Source: Spirogloea muscicola (Eukaryota). Taken from it: 22,793 nucleotides of DNA. Positions 8,288 to 22,741 of the stretch are shown in pieces (the first letter of the stretch is position 1; the number at the start of each line of letters is the position of its first letter). The notes below the pieces were generated by a model. That model was not told where the DNA came from and searched no databases. It saw only the letters and a list, made by a program, of their open reading frames with translations. The translations under genes and the position numbers were made by a program. The stretch covers positions 1,407,710 through 1,430,502 of the forward strand of contig WELB01000003.1 in NCBI GenBank assembly GCA_009602725.1. The letters are read 5' to 3'.

Positions 8288-10791
8288 ACGTCGATCCCGT
8301 CGTCGTTAAGTAGCTGGCACGCCCACTTGGCAGCGAGGACGACCGTGGTCTCGCAGTCCTCCGTGCCACTGCCTGGCGAGGGCTTCTCCCTGGCCCTCGA
8401 CGGCATGGTACTCGAGCTCTTTGCTTAGCCGGGGCTGCCACCACTGCCCAGCACGCATGCTGCCATCGTCCTTCCACGCCTTGAACCACTACAAGCACCA
8501 GGTTGCCCAGCGGGGCTTTCGGCGACGCCCAGCCATCGCAGCCAGCACCGAGAGCCGGCGGGCCAGTCCCAACAGATGTACAGGCGAGGCTCAGATTGGC
8601 TTTGTGTGTGGTAGGGGTTGAAACGCTCATTGCCGCTTGCACATGCTGATGCTCGCGCCTAATGCCCTGACGGGATTTAGCAATGGGAAGTGCAGCTGGT
8701 CATCTCTGCCGCTGCTGGCGCTGCTGCGCCGCTGCTTCGCCGCTGCTCGGTGCACCCTTGGCCTTGGCAGGGCCCCTTGATCAAGCAGGGTTGAAGTTAG
8801 TCGGTCAGCTTTGCGCAGGCGGCGAGCTAACTGAGGCATGCTGGGTGCGGCGACGGCATTGTTGTCCAAGGTGCTTCCAGGCCAATTGCAGTTTGGCACG
8901 CTGGCCCCCATTCATGGCCAGCTGGCTTTGAGGCTTGGGAAGGCCGTCGCCACTACTGCATTTCGCGGTGGGTCTTAAGTGCCACTGGACAGGAGTAGCC
9001 TCTACCTGGCCAGCGTGGCCGCAGCCACAGGCCAGCCTGGACGGGGCGTAGTCGGCAGTGGCGCCGCTGCCAACTAGAAGAGCCTTCCAACTGCTGGCAC
9101 GGCCGACAATCGTGCTCACGCTGATGCTGCCAATCTTCGAGGTCAATACTGTCAACTGGGGACTCTTTCGATCCTCATTCTGGAACTGGAAAGCCTTGAT
9201 GTGTATGTGAGGTATATATCTATCAGCTCGGTCGTGACCCAAGATCTCTTGATCGTGTAGCAGTTGCTTCTAGTTACAGGTATATGGAGTCTATCGAACA
9301 TGTGTGCGGAATTGGCAGCACGGGGATCAACACAGATTGACGTTTAGTGATATTCATCTAGTCAATAAGTCCAAGATATGAGCCAGTCCAAGCTATTGTT
9401 GGTGGAAAGGGGGCTCAGCAGGATCTTGGAGATCTTGGAGCACCCCGGTTCTTAAATTGCTACATACCGTCAGCTGCAGCTGCTTGCAGCCATTTCATAC
9501 AGCTCCATGTCAGTAAGTCACTATCTGGCAAGTTGGGCAAGACAACATCAGATGCCTGCTTGAAGATGGCAATCATCATGCAGTGATGTAATGCTCAAAG
9601 ATGACCCTTCCATTGATGTGGCAGCAACGGCCAGGAGGATCCAACTTGAGCGAGGATGCACTGCTTCATCTATCTCAAACTCAAACCACCAGAAGAGAGT
9701 CAACGAGCCAAGCTTCTGATGGACTAAATTTAGCCAGCTGAGTGATCATTCATCTTTTGTGAGAGGTTGTCAACATCCCTCGTGCATTCAGGTCTACAGA
9801 ACTTGACAACTATCACGCTCTGCTTAGGCTTCGCTTGTCCTTCTCTGTGCCTGAAGTATCGCTTTGTTATGCTCGTGTACATGACCCGAAGCAGCCTGAT
9901 CACAAGTCACGAGGATGGCATGGCCCAGCAGTGTGTGGTTCAAGGCTTGCTAGCCTCACACCAGTGAACTTTGATTTCTAGAGCCAGTTGCCAAACTGCG
10001 ACCTTGACAGTAGACTACGAACAGGAGCCTGCATACGGGCCACACACGTGAGGCTGAGGATGTGATCGACCTTCTGACATCATTCTTAACACATCGGGTG
10101 GGGCACACTGCTCCGCTGAGACTGTTTGTGAACAAGTTACAAGCCCTTCTTGCCTGCAAAGCCTAGATAACCTGTTGCAGTGTCTGTGTCCGTTGCTCAT
10201 CCATCCTAAGCAGCGCCACTCCATGGAGCCACGTTTCATTGTTGGAGCAATGAACAGGTCCTATAGGTGCCAGCCTACTACACAGAATCTAATGTCAAGA
10301 GCGCTGGCATGACAACGCACCCTTTACACACCCACCTGCTTCATCTAGCTGAAAGAATAATGTGCAATACTGGTCACATCCTGCAACTACACCTGTGCAG
10401 GGGTCTTGAAGCTTCTCAGGTACACTGCTCTGTTTCCACAAGGTAAATGTGGATCATGATAAGAAGGACAAGTTGTCCGGGAAGTGATGGAGCCAGAAGG
10501 ACGCATAGATGAGAGGTAGCGAGTAGAGGGACCATGGACATCCATCAAAATTCCCATGTTGTATCGCCCTCAGTCGGTGCGCTGCCTAGAGGACGCTCCT
10601 GCAACAAGAACAGACGCTGTCAACCAACCTGCTTGCTTTGGCTGCTATATCAACATCACCACTTCGCTTTACAGCGGCCAAACAAAAAAGTGCAGACAGA
10701 AGCTAAGACTTGAACCTACATTCCATCTGCTCATCAGCTTGCGCTCATGGATGGACACAGTGAACGACATGAGTCAGAGCACACATGTACC

Positions 10792-14420
<3,629 letters not shown>

Positions 14421-15004
14421 GGCCGCCGCCGCCGCCGCCGCCGCCGCAGCCGCAACTGTCGCCGGCGGCGCTCCGGCAGACCCCGCGAGAGCGGCGAGAC
14501 GGTAAGCTGGTGATGATTGTGACGAAGCAGTGTCCGAAAGGCTGCCCGGGAGGCTTTACGACCCGGGGCCAGGCTGCCGCCCGTCGGGACCCGCGCTACA
14601 TCTGGAGGTGCTCACGCCACCGTTCGCCTGCCCTTTCCAATGCCATTCGGTTGACGTTGAACGGGAGAGCGCTCCATCCGGCCGCCAGACCTGGCGATGG
14701 CGCTTAATCTGGCGGGGAGCGAGGCTGCGGCTTTGTTCCGCCGCCATTTTCGTGAGCAGGACTGCCAGCACTCTCCGCGGCGGTGGCGGCGGCGGCGGCG
14801 GCGGCGGCAAGTGCCGGCGTCGCATTCCGCTTCGTTCTCTTGGGAGAGTACGTCGCCGGACCTGCGATGCGCGGAGGCGTGGAGTGAGAAGATGGCATGG
14901 GGATGGAGCGCAGGGCGGCCGCCGAAGGACTGCGCCTAGAGGTCGACGCAGAGGCGGCGGGGCTGGCGGCGGCGAGGGCGGCGGAGCAGCCGCCGCGCAG
15001 GGCC
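14421..15004. promoter_or_regulatory. Putative bidirectional promoter and 5'UTRs shared by VHA-B and the cyclophilin
   Basis: Divergent start codons at 14420 (minus) and 15005 (plus) are separated by 584 bp. The interval is GC/CpG-rich with GGC tracts at 14422-14447 and 14778-14808 and a YY1-type CCGCCATTTT at 14741-14750. Confidence 0.6.
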
Positions 15005-17509
15005 ATGGGCCGCTTCAAGCCGGCGGCGCTGCTGCAGCAGAGCAAGAGGAAGAAGGGCGTGGCGCAGTCGCAGGGCCTGCTGCTGGCCGCGGTGGCGCTC
15101 CTGGCCCTCGTTGGGCTTGGCGGCCGCTACCTGTTCCTCCAGAGCCGGTGAGCCATCATGTGCCGTTCCGAAGTCTGGCAGCATTTGCCCTTTGGCTCCA
15201 GACATGGCACGGCTCCTTCACTGCCGCTGCTCCTGCATGAGCCAGGCCTAGGGGTCCACTAGCCTCCATAATGAGTGAAAGCCGGCTAGCTGAATGCTAG
15301 CAGGCTGTTTGACCCGATATTACTCACGGCACTTCATTCAAGTAATTCTGTTGTTAATCGACGGCCTGTGCTGCTGTCCTTGACACAGTGAGAATGCCTC
15401 CATTCGGTCACAGTCATGTTACTATTTCCTGACAAGGAATGACTGTTCCTTCTCATAGACACTACAGCTTGGCAAGCACGCTGCTGCTTCCTGATCTCGT
15501 CTCTGTGGTTGACTTTGTTGACGTTTTCTCTTCAAACAGGGATGGGCGCGGCAGTCTGGGAGGAGGACCTGCCGCGGTAAGCTGCGGAGAATTGTCGGCT
15601 CCTTGGTGGCTCGTGTCTCTTGTGAATGAGCTTCTGGGGTTGTACTGATGTTTGCTCGACTCAGAGCAACACCTTAGGCCTGAGCTCTTGGTATGGCACG
15701 CGTCACTTGCTTGGACAGAGAGACTGCATATTACACGTGCGGTACATAAGTGGAGCATACGGAAACCTCTCAATCTTGCTGCGGAATCTTTGTGTGGCTT
15801 TGTAGAACAGTCTGCTCTGCTTGGCAGCTGCTCAAGAAATTTGACATGCATGCTAAGCAGCTGCCTGCAGTTGAGGGGTGGACGTGCAGGACCATACTAT
15901 GCTAGCTGATGCAGGTTCACTGCTCTGATGCAGCTGTGGAGCCGAGCAAGTGCCAGGTTGACTCCAGCTGGCACAGTACAGATGGTGAATACCTGCATCA
16001 TAAGCTTGTCCTCTCTAGCTTCTGTCGCGGTGCCACATGATTGCATTGTGGAGGTCTTTTAGGAAATCTCGTGCATCCAATTGATTGTACATACAATCTC
16101 CAAAGCATGTCAGGGGTCATTACATAAGTCACGTGTAGTACGGATACCTTCCTCTGTAAAGAGAAAACTGCTGATTGAAGAATGCCTGAAAAAAATTCCA
16201 ATGGTTGCTTTTGTTACGATTGTGTTTGGGGCAATGTCAATGTTAAGCCCTGGACAGAATAGCAAACTGCCAATACATATGGAGATGCCAAGCTGTGGCT
16301 CAGCCTGCATGCTGCTCTATCTTGCAGATCATGCATACAACAAAAGGGGACTTGTATATTGAGCTGTTTGCGAAGGATTGCCCAAGAACAGTGGAGAACT
16401 TTGTGACACACGCGTGAGTACATTATCTTGGAACCTTTGAGGGCTTCGAAGCTCGTTACGGGCAGTTGTCAACTCGGACATGACATCAGATGTGGATCTT
16501 TGAACTTCAAAAATTCGTTGAATTCTAAGAATCAAATCAACAGCCCGCACATATTCATGTCTGCTGTGCTGTACGTTGTGCTCAACAGTAAGATGGTGTT
16601 GAGACGAGCACCAACTAACGTGTGGCACATTATGCTTGGATGTCTGAGCAGGAAGGAAGGTTATTACAACGGAGTGCATTTCCATCGGGTCATCAGAGGC
16701 TTCATGATACAAGGTGGTGATCCCAGGGGTGATGGCACTGGAGGAGAGTCTATCTGGGGCGGGAATTTTGAGGATGAGATTCGAGACAAGTAAGTGTATT
16801 CTTCATACAGAAATGTCTTTACGATTGTCTGCAGTCAGGATTCTGAGAAGCAGCCAGCCACCTGCATTGAGGAGCTTTGCATGAAATCAGATCTCAACTG
16901 TAGCAGCTCATTGCACTTATTCATTGCCACGAAATTGACCTGCCTGTACATTGGTCTGTGCTGGCCCCAGCTTGAAGCACGAGCCTTTCACACTTTCTAT
17001 GGCCAATAGTGGCAAAGACACGAATGGATCCCAGTTCTTCATCACAACGGTTGCCACACCCCATCTGGATGGAAAGCACGCAGTATTTGGGAAGGTCTTT
17101 GCTGGCATGGAAGTGGTACAGGTATATATCTGAAGAGTTACCCTGCATCTACTCTTCCTTGGTTTTATCTGGCACAGGACTTGCATATGTGAGTCGGCAA
17201 TGCATAGATGCAGGAGTTGTTTGCAGCAAGTAAGTCCAGAACGCGCTTCAGTCTACAATACTTAGCGCTCTGTAATCACAACAGTAAGCATGCTAAGGAA
17301 GCATCAACCTGGCACTTTGACTGCTTAATGACAGTGTTGCTGGTCTGTGCGAGGGCTACATAGGTCCGAAGTGCTCAGAAAAGTACCAGGGCTTTGAACT
17401 TACTGATGATGTGCTTTGAACATTATCACAGGATATTGAGAACGTGGCCACAGATGGAAACGACAAGCCCCTGGAGGCTGTGCTGATCAGTAGCATCACA
17501 GTCTTGTGA
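15005..17509 (+). CDS. CYP21-4: Cyclophilin-type peptidyl-prolyl isomerase with N-terminal basic motif and signal-anchor (CYP21-4-like), ~210 aa
   Basis: Simplest in-frame model: 15005-15147, 15540-15576, 16328-16413, 16652-16789, 16971-17121, 17432-17509 (633 nt, all GT-AG). N-terminus [18 protein letters not shown] plus hydrophobic [16 protein letters not shown] resembles plant CYP21-4 (MAKIKPQALL.QSKKKKG, from memory). Domain motifs: [71 protein letters not shown]. Exon 2 and use of upstream in-frame ATGs (14897, 14903) are uncertain. Confidence 0.85.
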
Positions 17510-17944
17510 GCAGCCAAATTTGGGATGTCTTCTGACAAAATACCAGCTTTGAGACTGCTGGATACTCGAAGTGCTACTGCATCGGCCAAACCTTGTCAGA
17601 AGCACAAGCACAATGCTTGCCAGCAAGAAACAGACTCTTTGTACGGCAAGTTGTTGTGCAGACTCAGTGTTGTGTTTTAGAAGTAAGGATACCGCGCCTC
17701 TACCCAAGACGCGGCGATGTGGAGAGGAACTCATCACCGGCTTCCGCGCATCCTAAATCCTCTGTGGCAATAACGTCATCTCCTTGTCGAGCACAGCTTG
17801 CAAGGCGTCAGTGTGCCTTGTCAACGGCCGGTGCATGAGATGGGTCAAGAGGCCCCAGCTAACAAGGACGAGGAAGGAGCGACCTCCACAGCTGCGGCGG
17901 CCAGGATTGGAGGGTGGAGTCCCATTTGTCCTTGTCATTACCTC

Positions 17945-18683
17945 CTGCTTTGGCCTTCCACAGCCATCGCCCTTTCCTCCGCTCTTCCATCTTATGGCTG
18001 TGAGAGGCCAGCCCAAGAGGAACGAACAGGGTGTGCAGTGTCTTGAGATCTCTGTTCATTCTTGTCAAGGGCTGGGCCAATAGGGAAGGCGCGCGGTGCG
18101 CATGAAATTGAAAGGGAGGCCAATTCTAGCCTTACAGATGTCCTGTTAACGGGAAAATGAGCTAGCTAAGGTGGACACTAAATATCCCCGAGTGAGCACA
18201 TGCATATCTGACAAGCTAAGCTGAGGAGCCATGTTACCACCATGGAAGCCAATAACAGCCATCGCCCTCTACTGGCCATTGGCCATGGATTGGCCTACGT
18301 TTGTTTCAAATACACGAAATTTTCTACTGGAAGAGCCTTCCCTTCTCTTAGAGCCCGCTGCCCCTTGGGAGAACCACTTTCTGGAGAGCTTTCTCTCTTG
18401 ACGAGAGCTTCACTTTCCTTCTTCAGAGAAGGCGCGCGGTGCGCATGAAATTGAAAGGGAGGCCAATCCTAGCCTTACAAATGTCATTTTAACTGGGTAA
18501 TGAGCTGGCTCAGATTGCCAAACACACCCCTAACACGGTGCTGTCTCAAACCCAAAGCCCCTCAGCGCCAGCCCTTCGACGGCCCCCTTCTTCTTGGGCT
18601 TCTTGTACTCTGCTCATTCTTTTTTGGGCTGGCTGTGCCAGCCCCTAATCCTCAATGGGCGAGCCCTTTCTTCTTTCTTCTTC
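17945..18683. repeat. Cluster of the modular repeat family between CYP and eIF3k, with an 83-bp direct repeat and one foldback arm
   Basis: 18085-18167 ~ 18428-18510 (first 40 nt identical: GAAGGCGCGCGGTGCGCATGAAATTGAAAGGGAGGCCAAT). CAGCCATCGCCCT occurs at 17961 and 18257 (also at 588). 18581-18683 is homologous to 1662-1744. Confidence 0.75.
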
Positions 18684-18896
18684 GACGGCCGCCCCACTGG
18701 CGGCTCGCTGCCAAGCCGGGCCCAGTCACGAGGGCCCGGCTATACTGCCGGGGTTTGGGTTTCCGGAGCCGCGGGCCGCGCCGGGAGCCGCGCCGCCGAG
18801 TGCGGCGGAGGACGCGGCCGCGGGGCCTTGGCTTTGAGCCCTCGCCTCGGGGCGCCGGAGGGAGGAGCGCCGCCAGGGNCGGCGGCCATCGACCGC

Positions 18897-18979
18897 ATGG
18901 CCGCGGCGCACCCGTACAACCCGGAGCTCCTGCCGGACCTGGAGCAGTACGTCCAGCACCAGGTGAGGCGGCGGAGGCA

Positions 18980-19010
<31 letters not shown>

Positions 19011-21174
19011 AGGCTGGCCTTTGCGCCTCGCGTGACGAGCTCTGGAGCTCACGCCGCTGCGCCCCTGGGCCCCCGGCGGGGGCCGTTTGCAGGTGGAGTC
19101 GCGCAAGTGGGACCTGGACACCAACCTCACGCTCCTGCGCCTCTACCAGGTCCGCAGAGACAGCCCTCCCTCCTCCATTAGCCAGGGCCTGCACACAGAC
19201 CACCTCTCTCTGTATATGCACTCAGCACACAAGTGAATGCTCTCTCCCCCTCTGCCTCTCTCTCTCTCTCTGCCACTCTCTCTGCCTCTCTCTCCTCTCT
19301 CCTCACTCCCTCTGTCCCTCCCTGCCTCTGAAATCTCCTCTTGCTTGTCGTTTGGTCTTTTCACTCTCTCCGTGCTCCTCAGATAGTGCATGCACCGGCA
19401 CTGCCGCTGCCTTGTCCCTGAGGTGCCCTGCTTCTTACGAGGTCGGCTGGGACTTGGGTGGCCCTGTGCAGTTTGAGCCAGCACGGCTGAGCGTCCCAGT
19501 CGTTACCAGCATCCTCGTCAAGGTGTGCCCCACCTCACCTTTAGTCACCAACAGCTTCAGGAGCCCCCCCCCTAATACCTGGGTGGGACCCACGCAGTCT
19601 TGCACTGAGAAGTGCTGAAGACGCTGCTGCGGAGGCAGCGGTGCTGAGGTAGACATGAGTTGGGCGCCTGTGACGCAATGCCCACGCTAAGAGAGGCCAC
19701 CATTTGTGCATCACACGTGGTCGTGGTGGACGCAGGCGCTCATGGTGCTGCCGCGCCTCGACTTCAGCCTGTGCATGTTCCTCGTCCCCGAGAAGCTCGT
19801 AATATTCACTTGCCCACTCTCTTCCTCCTCCCCCTACCTCTCGCAGAGCTTCCGCTTGCACCTGCAGAGCTTGCGGAAGACTTCGCCAGCGGCTCGCTTG
19901 GCTAGATTCAGTGATCAATTCTTTGATTCTTAGTGGGAAGGCCACCTTCTTCCGGCCGTGGCGGCCCTTCCTCAGGCCCCTCCCCTCAGGGAAGGTGGCC
20001 GACGCCACTCCAGGCGGAGTGCTGCCTGGAGCAGCGCAGAGCATTGGACCAGCTTTGTGATGCTTACACCTTGACTTTGCCACGCCCTACAGCAAATGGA
20101 GGAGCCGATCTTGACACTTGCAAACCTTCATCACTTGCTAGAGGTAGGACTGGCCCCTCTTCAAGTCCAGCAGCCACGACCAGTGTCGGCCACAGGCCCC
20201 ATCACCTTGCATGGCAGCTGCTTACTGTGCCCCGCGCTGGCGGCAGCATAAGTTGTGGCTTCCATTGCCAGAAGGGCTCTGCTAACTAGCTTCAGTTGGT
20301 GCCTTCGCGCTGTGGCCCTGCAGACGGCCCAGTTTGGCAAGTTCTGGACGGAGGCTGCCCGCAGCCGCGGCCTCCTCGAGAGCGTGCCAGGCAAGGAGGC
20401 TCCATTATTTCCGCTGGCTTGCCCTCATTGTGGAAGCTTCACAAGCCCGCTGGCCCCATCTCACGCTGTGCCAGAAGCACAGCGCACCCTACTTTGCCTC
20501 ATGCCATGGGCAAGCTTGACCTGTGCGCCTGTTTCTTTGCGGGGCAGGCTTAGAGGACGGGCTACAGGAGTACGCGATACACGTGCTGTCGCTGACGTTC
20601 CAGCGGGTGCCTCGACATGTTCTGGCGGAGGTGCGATTGGCAGGCCCTTATGCTCATGCGTTGAGTTGTGCCTCTCTTACCTGCAGTAACCCGCACAAGA
20701 GCACCATAGCTGTGTTGCGCTCCAGGTAGATCTGTACATGCTCACTCGAGGTTAGGCGCCTGCTGCTTGTCTCAGGCGGTCAACATCGACGGCCCGTCCT
20801 TAGACAAGTTCCTGCAAGACCAGGTCGTCGCGGCCGGTTGGACGGTCGAGGACACGGCCCGGGGGCAGGTCAGTTGAGCGAGGCCCACAGAACACCGCCA
20901 GCTTTTGCGCCTTTGCTCGGTGCAGCCACACCCAGCGAGGGGCTTTCTCAAAAGGCCGTCACAGACTAGGCCACCCTTAAGTAATCACGTGGAATTGGCC
21001 AATCTTCTGGGGCCCAATTTTGCTTGCTGAGACTCACGTGCGGGCCCGCGTGTGATGCAGGTTGTGGTACTGCCCAAGAACGAGGAGAACTGTCCTGAGC
21101 TCAAGAAGTTCTCTTCAATTGATGGCATCCCCCTGGCACACGTCTCGCGGGTGTTCCCTGTCCTTTCCTCATGA
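18897..21174 (+). CDS. EIF3K: Eukaryotic translation initiation factor 3 subunit K, 9 exons
   Basis: Exons: 18897-18962, 19093-19149, 19472-19522, 19736-19798, 20093-20143, 20324-20390, 20548-20630, 20776-20868, 21061-21174 (645 nt, in frame). Motifs: PYNPELLPDLEQYV, NLTLLRLYQFEP, ILVKALM.LP..DFSLC.FL.PE, LE...F..FW, VPG.E, AVNIDGPSLDKF, VLPKNE.N.PELKK. The true ATG may lie upstream, hidden by the N at 18879. Confidence 0.93.
18967..19010. repeat. (GGC)n tract in eIF3k intron 1
   Basis: Directly visible GGCGGCGGC run. Confidence 0.8.
19241..19330. repeat. Degenerate (CT)n tract in eIF3k intron 2
   Basis: TCTCTCCCCCTCTGCCTCTCTCTCTCTCTC... pyrimidine-rich run. Confidence 0.8.
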
Positions 21175-21617
21175 TCATGAGGGCCAGGCAGCGAGCAAGC
21201 AGCGGAGAAGTCCAATGCTCGCTTTCTGCCAGCCAACTGAAGGCTAGGTTCCTCAGTCATGCATTAGCCCAAGCCCACAGGCGATGCCATGTTGCAGGCG
21301 GCAATGCCGGCACATTATGATGCTTAACCTTGAGCAGTTGAGGCACAAATTTGTAAAATGCTTCAATGTACCTGAAAGTTGTCAGTGTACAATGATTTTT
21401 TTGGTTGAGTGGAGCATTCGGTATATTGGTCATGAAAGTCAAGTATGTCATTGTACAAAGAATATTGAACACCCATGCTGTTGTGGTCAAGTGAATACCA
21501 ATTTATAAGCTCCTGTTATCAAGTGTGACTGCATGTAAACCGCGCAACTGTTGAGCAGTTCGCAGTCTCAAACGCAGTCAATGGAGGTGGAGGGAACCGC
21601 TTGCACCACCTCTTGGC

Positions 21618-22696
21618 TCATCGGGTTGCGTGGTCATAGCCCCGGTATGTGAAGTAGGTAGTGAATTTGTTGAGGTAGAGTGAAAGCCCAAATGCGGCGA
21701 GGGCGCCAGCAGCAACACCAAAGCGCACAACAGGTGCAACCCTGAGGGCTGCGGCAAGTGCCAGAAGCGCAAACGTGGCGGCATAGAGTGCCTTGCTGGC
21801 GGTCTGAGCTCTGCCAAGAGCCTTGGAGCAGGTCATGCAGTGCCGCGTGTGGCCCATGAAGCGATCCATAACCGCCTCTCGTGGGGCCCACCGTGTATCG
21901 AGCTCGCCGTTCACGCCAGGCGCCCACTCCACCTTGCCGCCTGCCCAACTCAATGCACGGCCCTGAAGGATGTAAGCACCTTGGTGAACATGGTCTTGAA
22001 CTGGAATTTGCATCTAAAGCTTATAGGGCTAGATGTCAGGTCTCTACAAGGTCCTGCTGAACAGCAAAGGGTAGAGCAGTGCAGGCAACCAAAGAGCACT
22101 CTGAGGCCAGACCAAAAGATGTGTGATAGCCGAAGGCAAGACTCGGGCCCTTGTCAAGTATCATGGTGAATGAGCTGGCATCTTCAGTACACCTGCATTC
22201 TGAGCAAGTAACACAGGAAGGTGGACAGAGCAGGACATGTAGGTCATGAGCTTGCGCACCTCCATGCTTGGCGAACCACTGGCGGAAAGCGTGCACGAAG
22301 CGGTCAGCAGATGTTGGGAGGTACATGACCTTGTTGTACTCCTCTGCTCTCGCGCCCTTTTGCGCCAGCAGCTTTTCCTGCGCGTGCAGAAAGTAGGAGT
22401 CGCCTGCCAGGCCAACAGCAACGACGACAACATGTATGAGTCAGAATCAGGGGTAAATGGGGGCTCAGACATGCATGTAAGGAGGGAGGGAAGCGGAGGC
22501 AAAAAGGGCCCCACCGTCGAGAACGGCGAGGTCGAGGAGGTGCAGGAGCCACGTCGGGAACAAGGGAAAGAGGCCGCCGCGCTTCACGCCTGGCTGGGTA
22601 TAGTACGTGACGAGTACGCGGCTCGCTCCCGGCGCTGTGGGCGTGAGGTACAGCGTCAACATTCCCTTGAGCACCTTGCCCTTGCGCTCATAGTCC
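21618..22696 (-). CDS. 3' part (last three exons) of a chloroplast Rieske oxygenase of the PAO/PTC52/TIC55 family; gene continues beyond the window
   Basis: Exons (minus): 22696-22515 (LYLTPTAPGASRV...PTWLLHL..LAVLD), 22403-22260 (GDSYFLHAQEK...YLPTSADRFVHAFRQWF.KHG), 21940-21618 (VEW...REAVMDRFMGHTRHCMTCSKAL, two hydrophobic helices, FTYRGYDHA). The PT.AD..V.AFR.W motif, DR...HT..CxxC motif and C-terminal Y.HA are family hallmarks. GT-AG junctions keep phase. Confidence 0.88.
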
Positions 22697-22741
22697 CTGC
22701 AGTGACATGACATGACGGGTAAGTAAGCTCACCACCCATTG

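Noticed and set aside
8300..10550. Scattered ORFs between TFIIB and VHA-B
   Set aside because: No recognisable domains or spliceable model; treated as unexplained intergenic sequence or decayed gene remnants.
18500..19618. 372-aa ORF over the eIF3k 5' region
   Set aside because: Chance read-through of a repeat, an N, GGC/CT tracts and introns; only the exon-3 peptide is real eIF3k.
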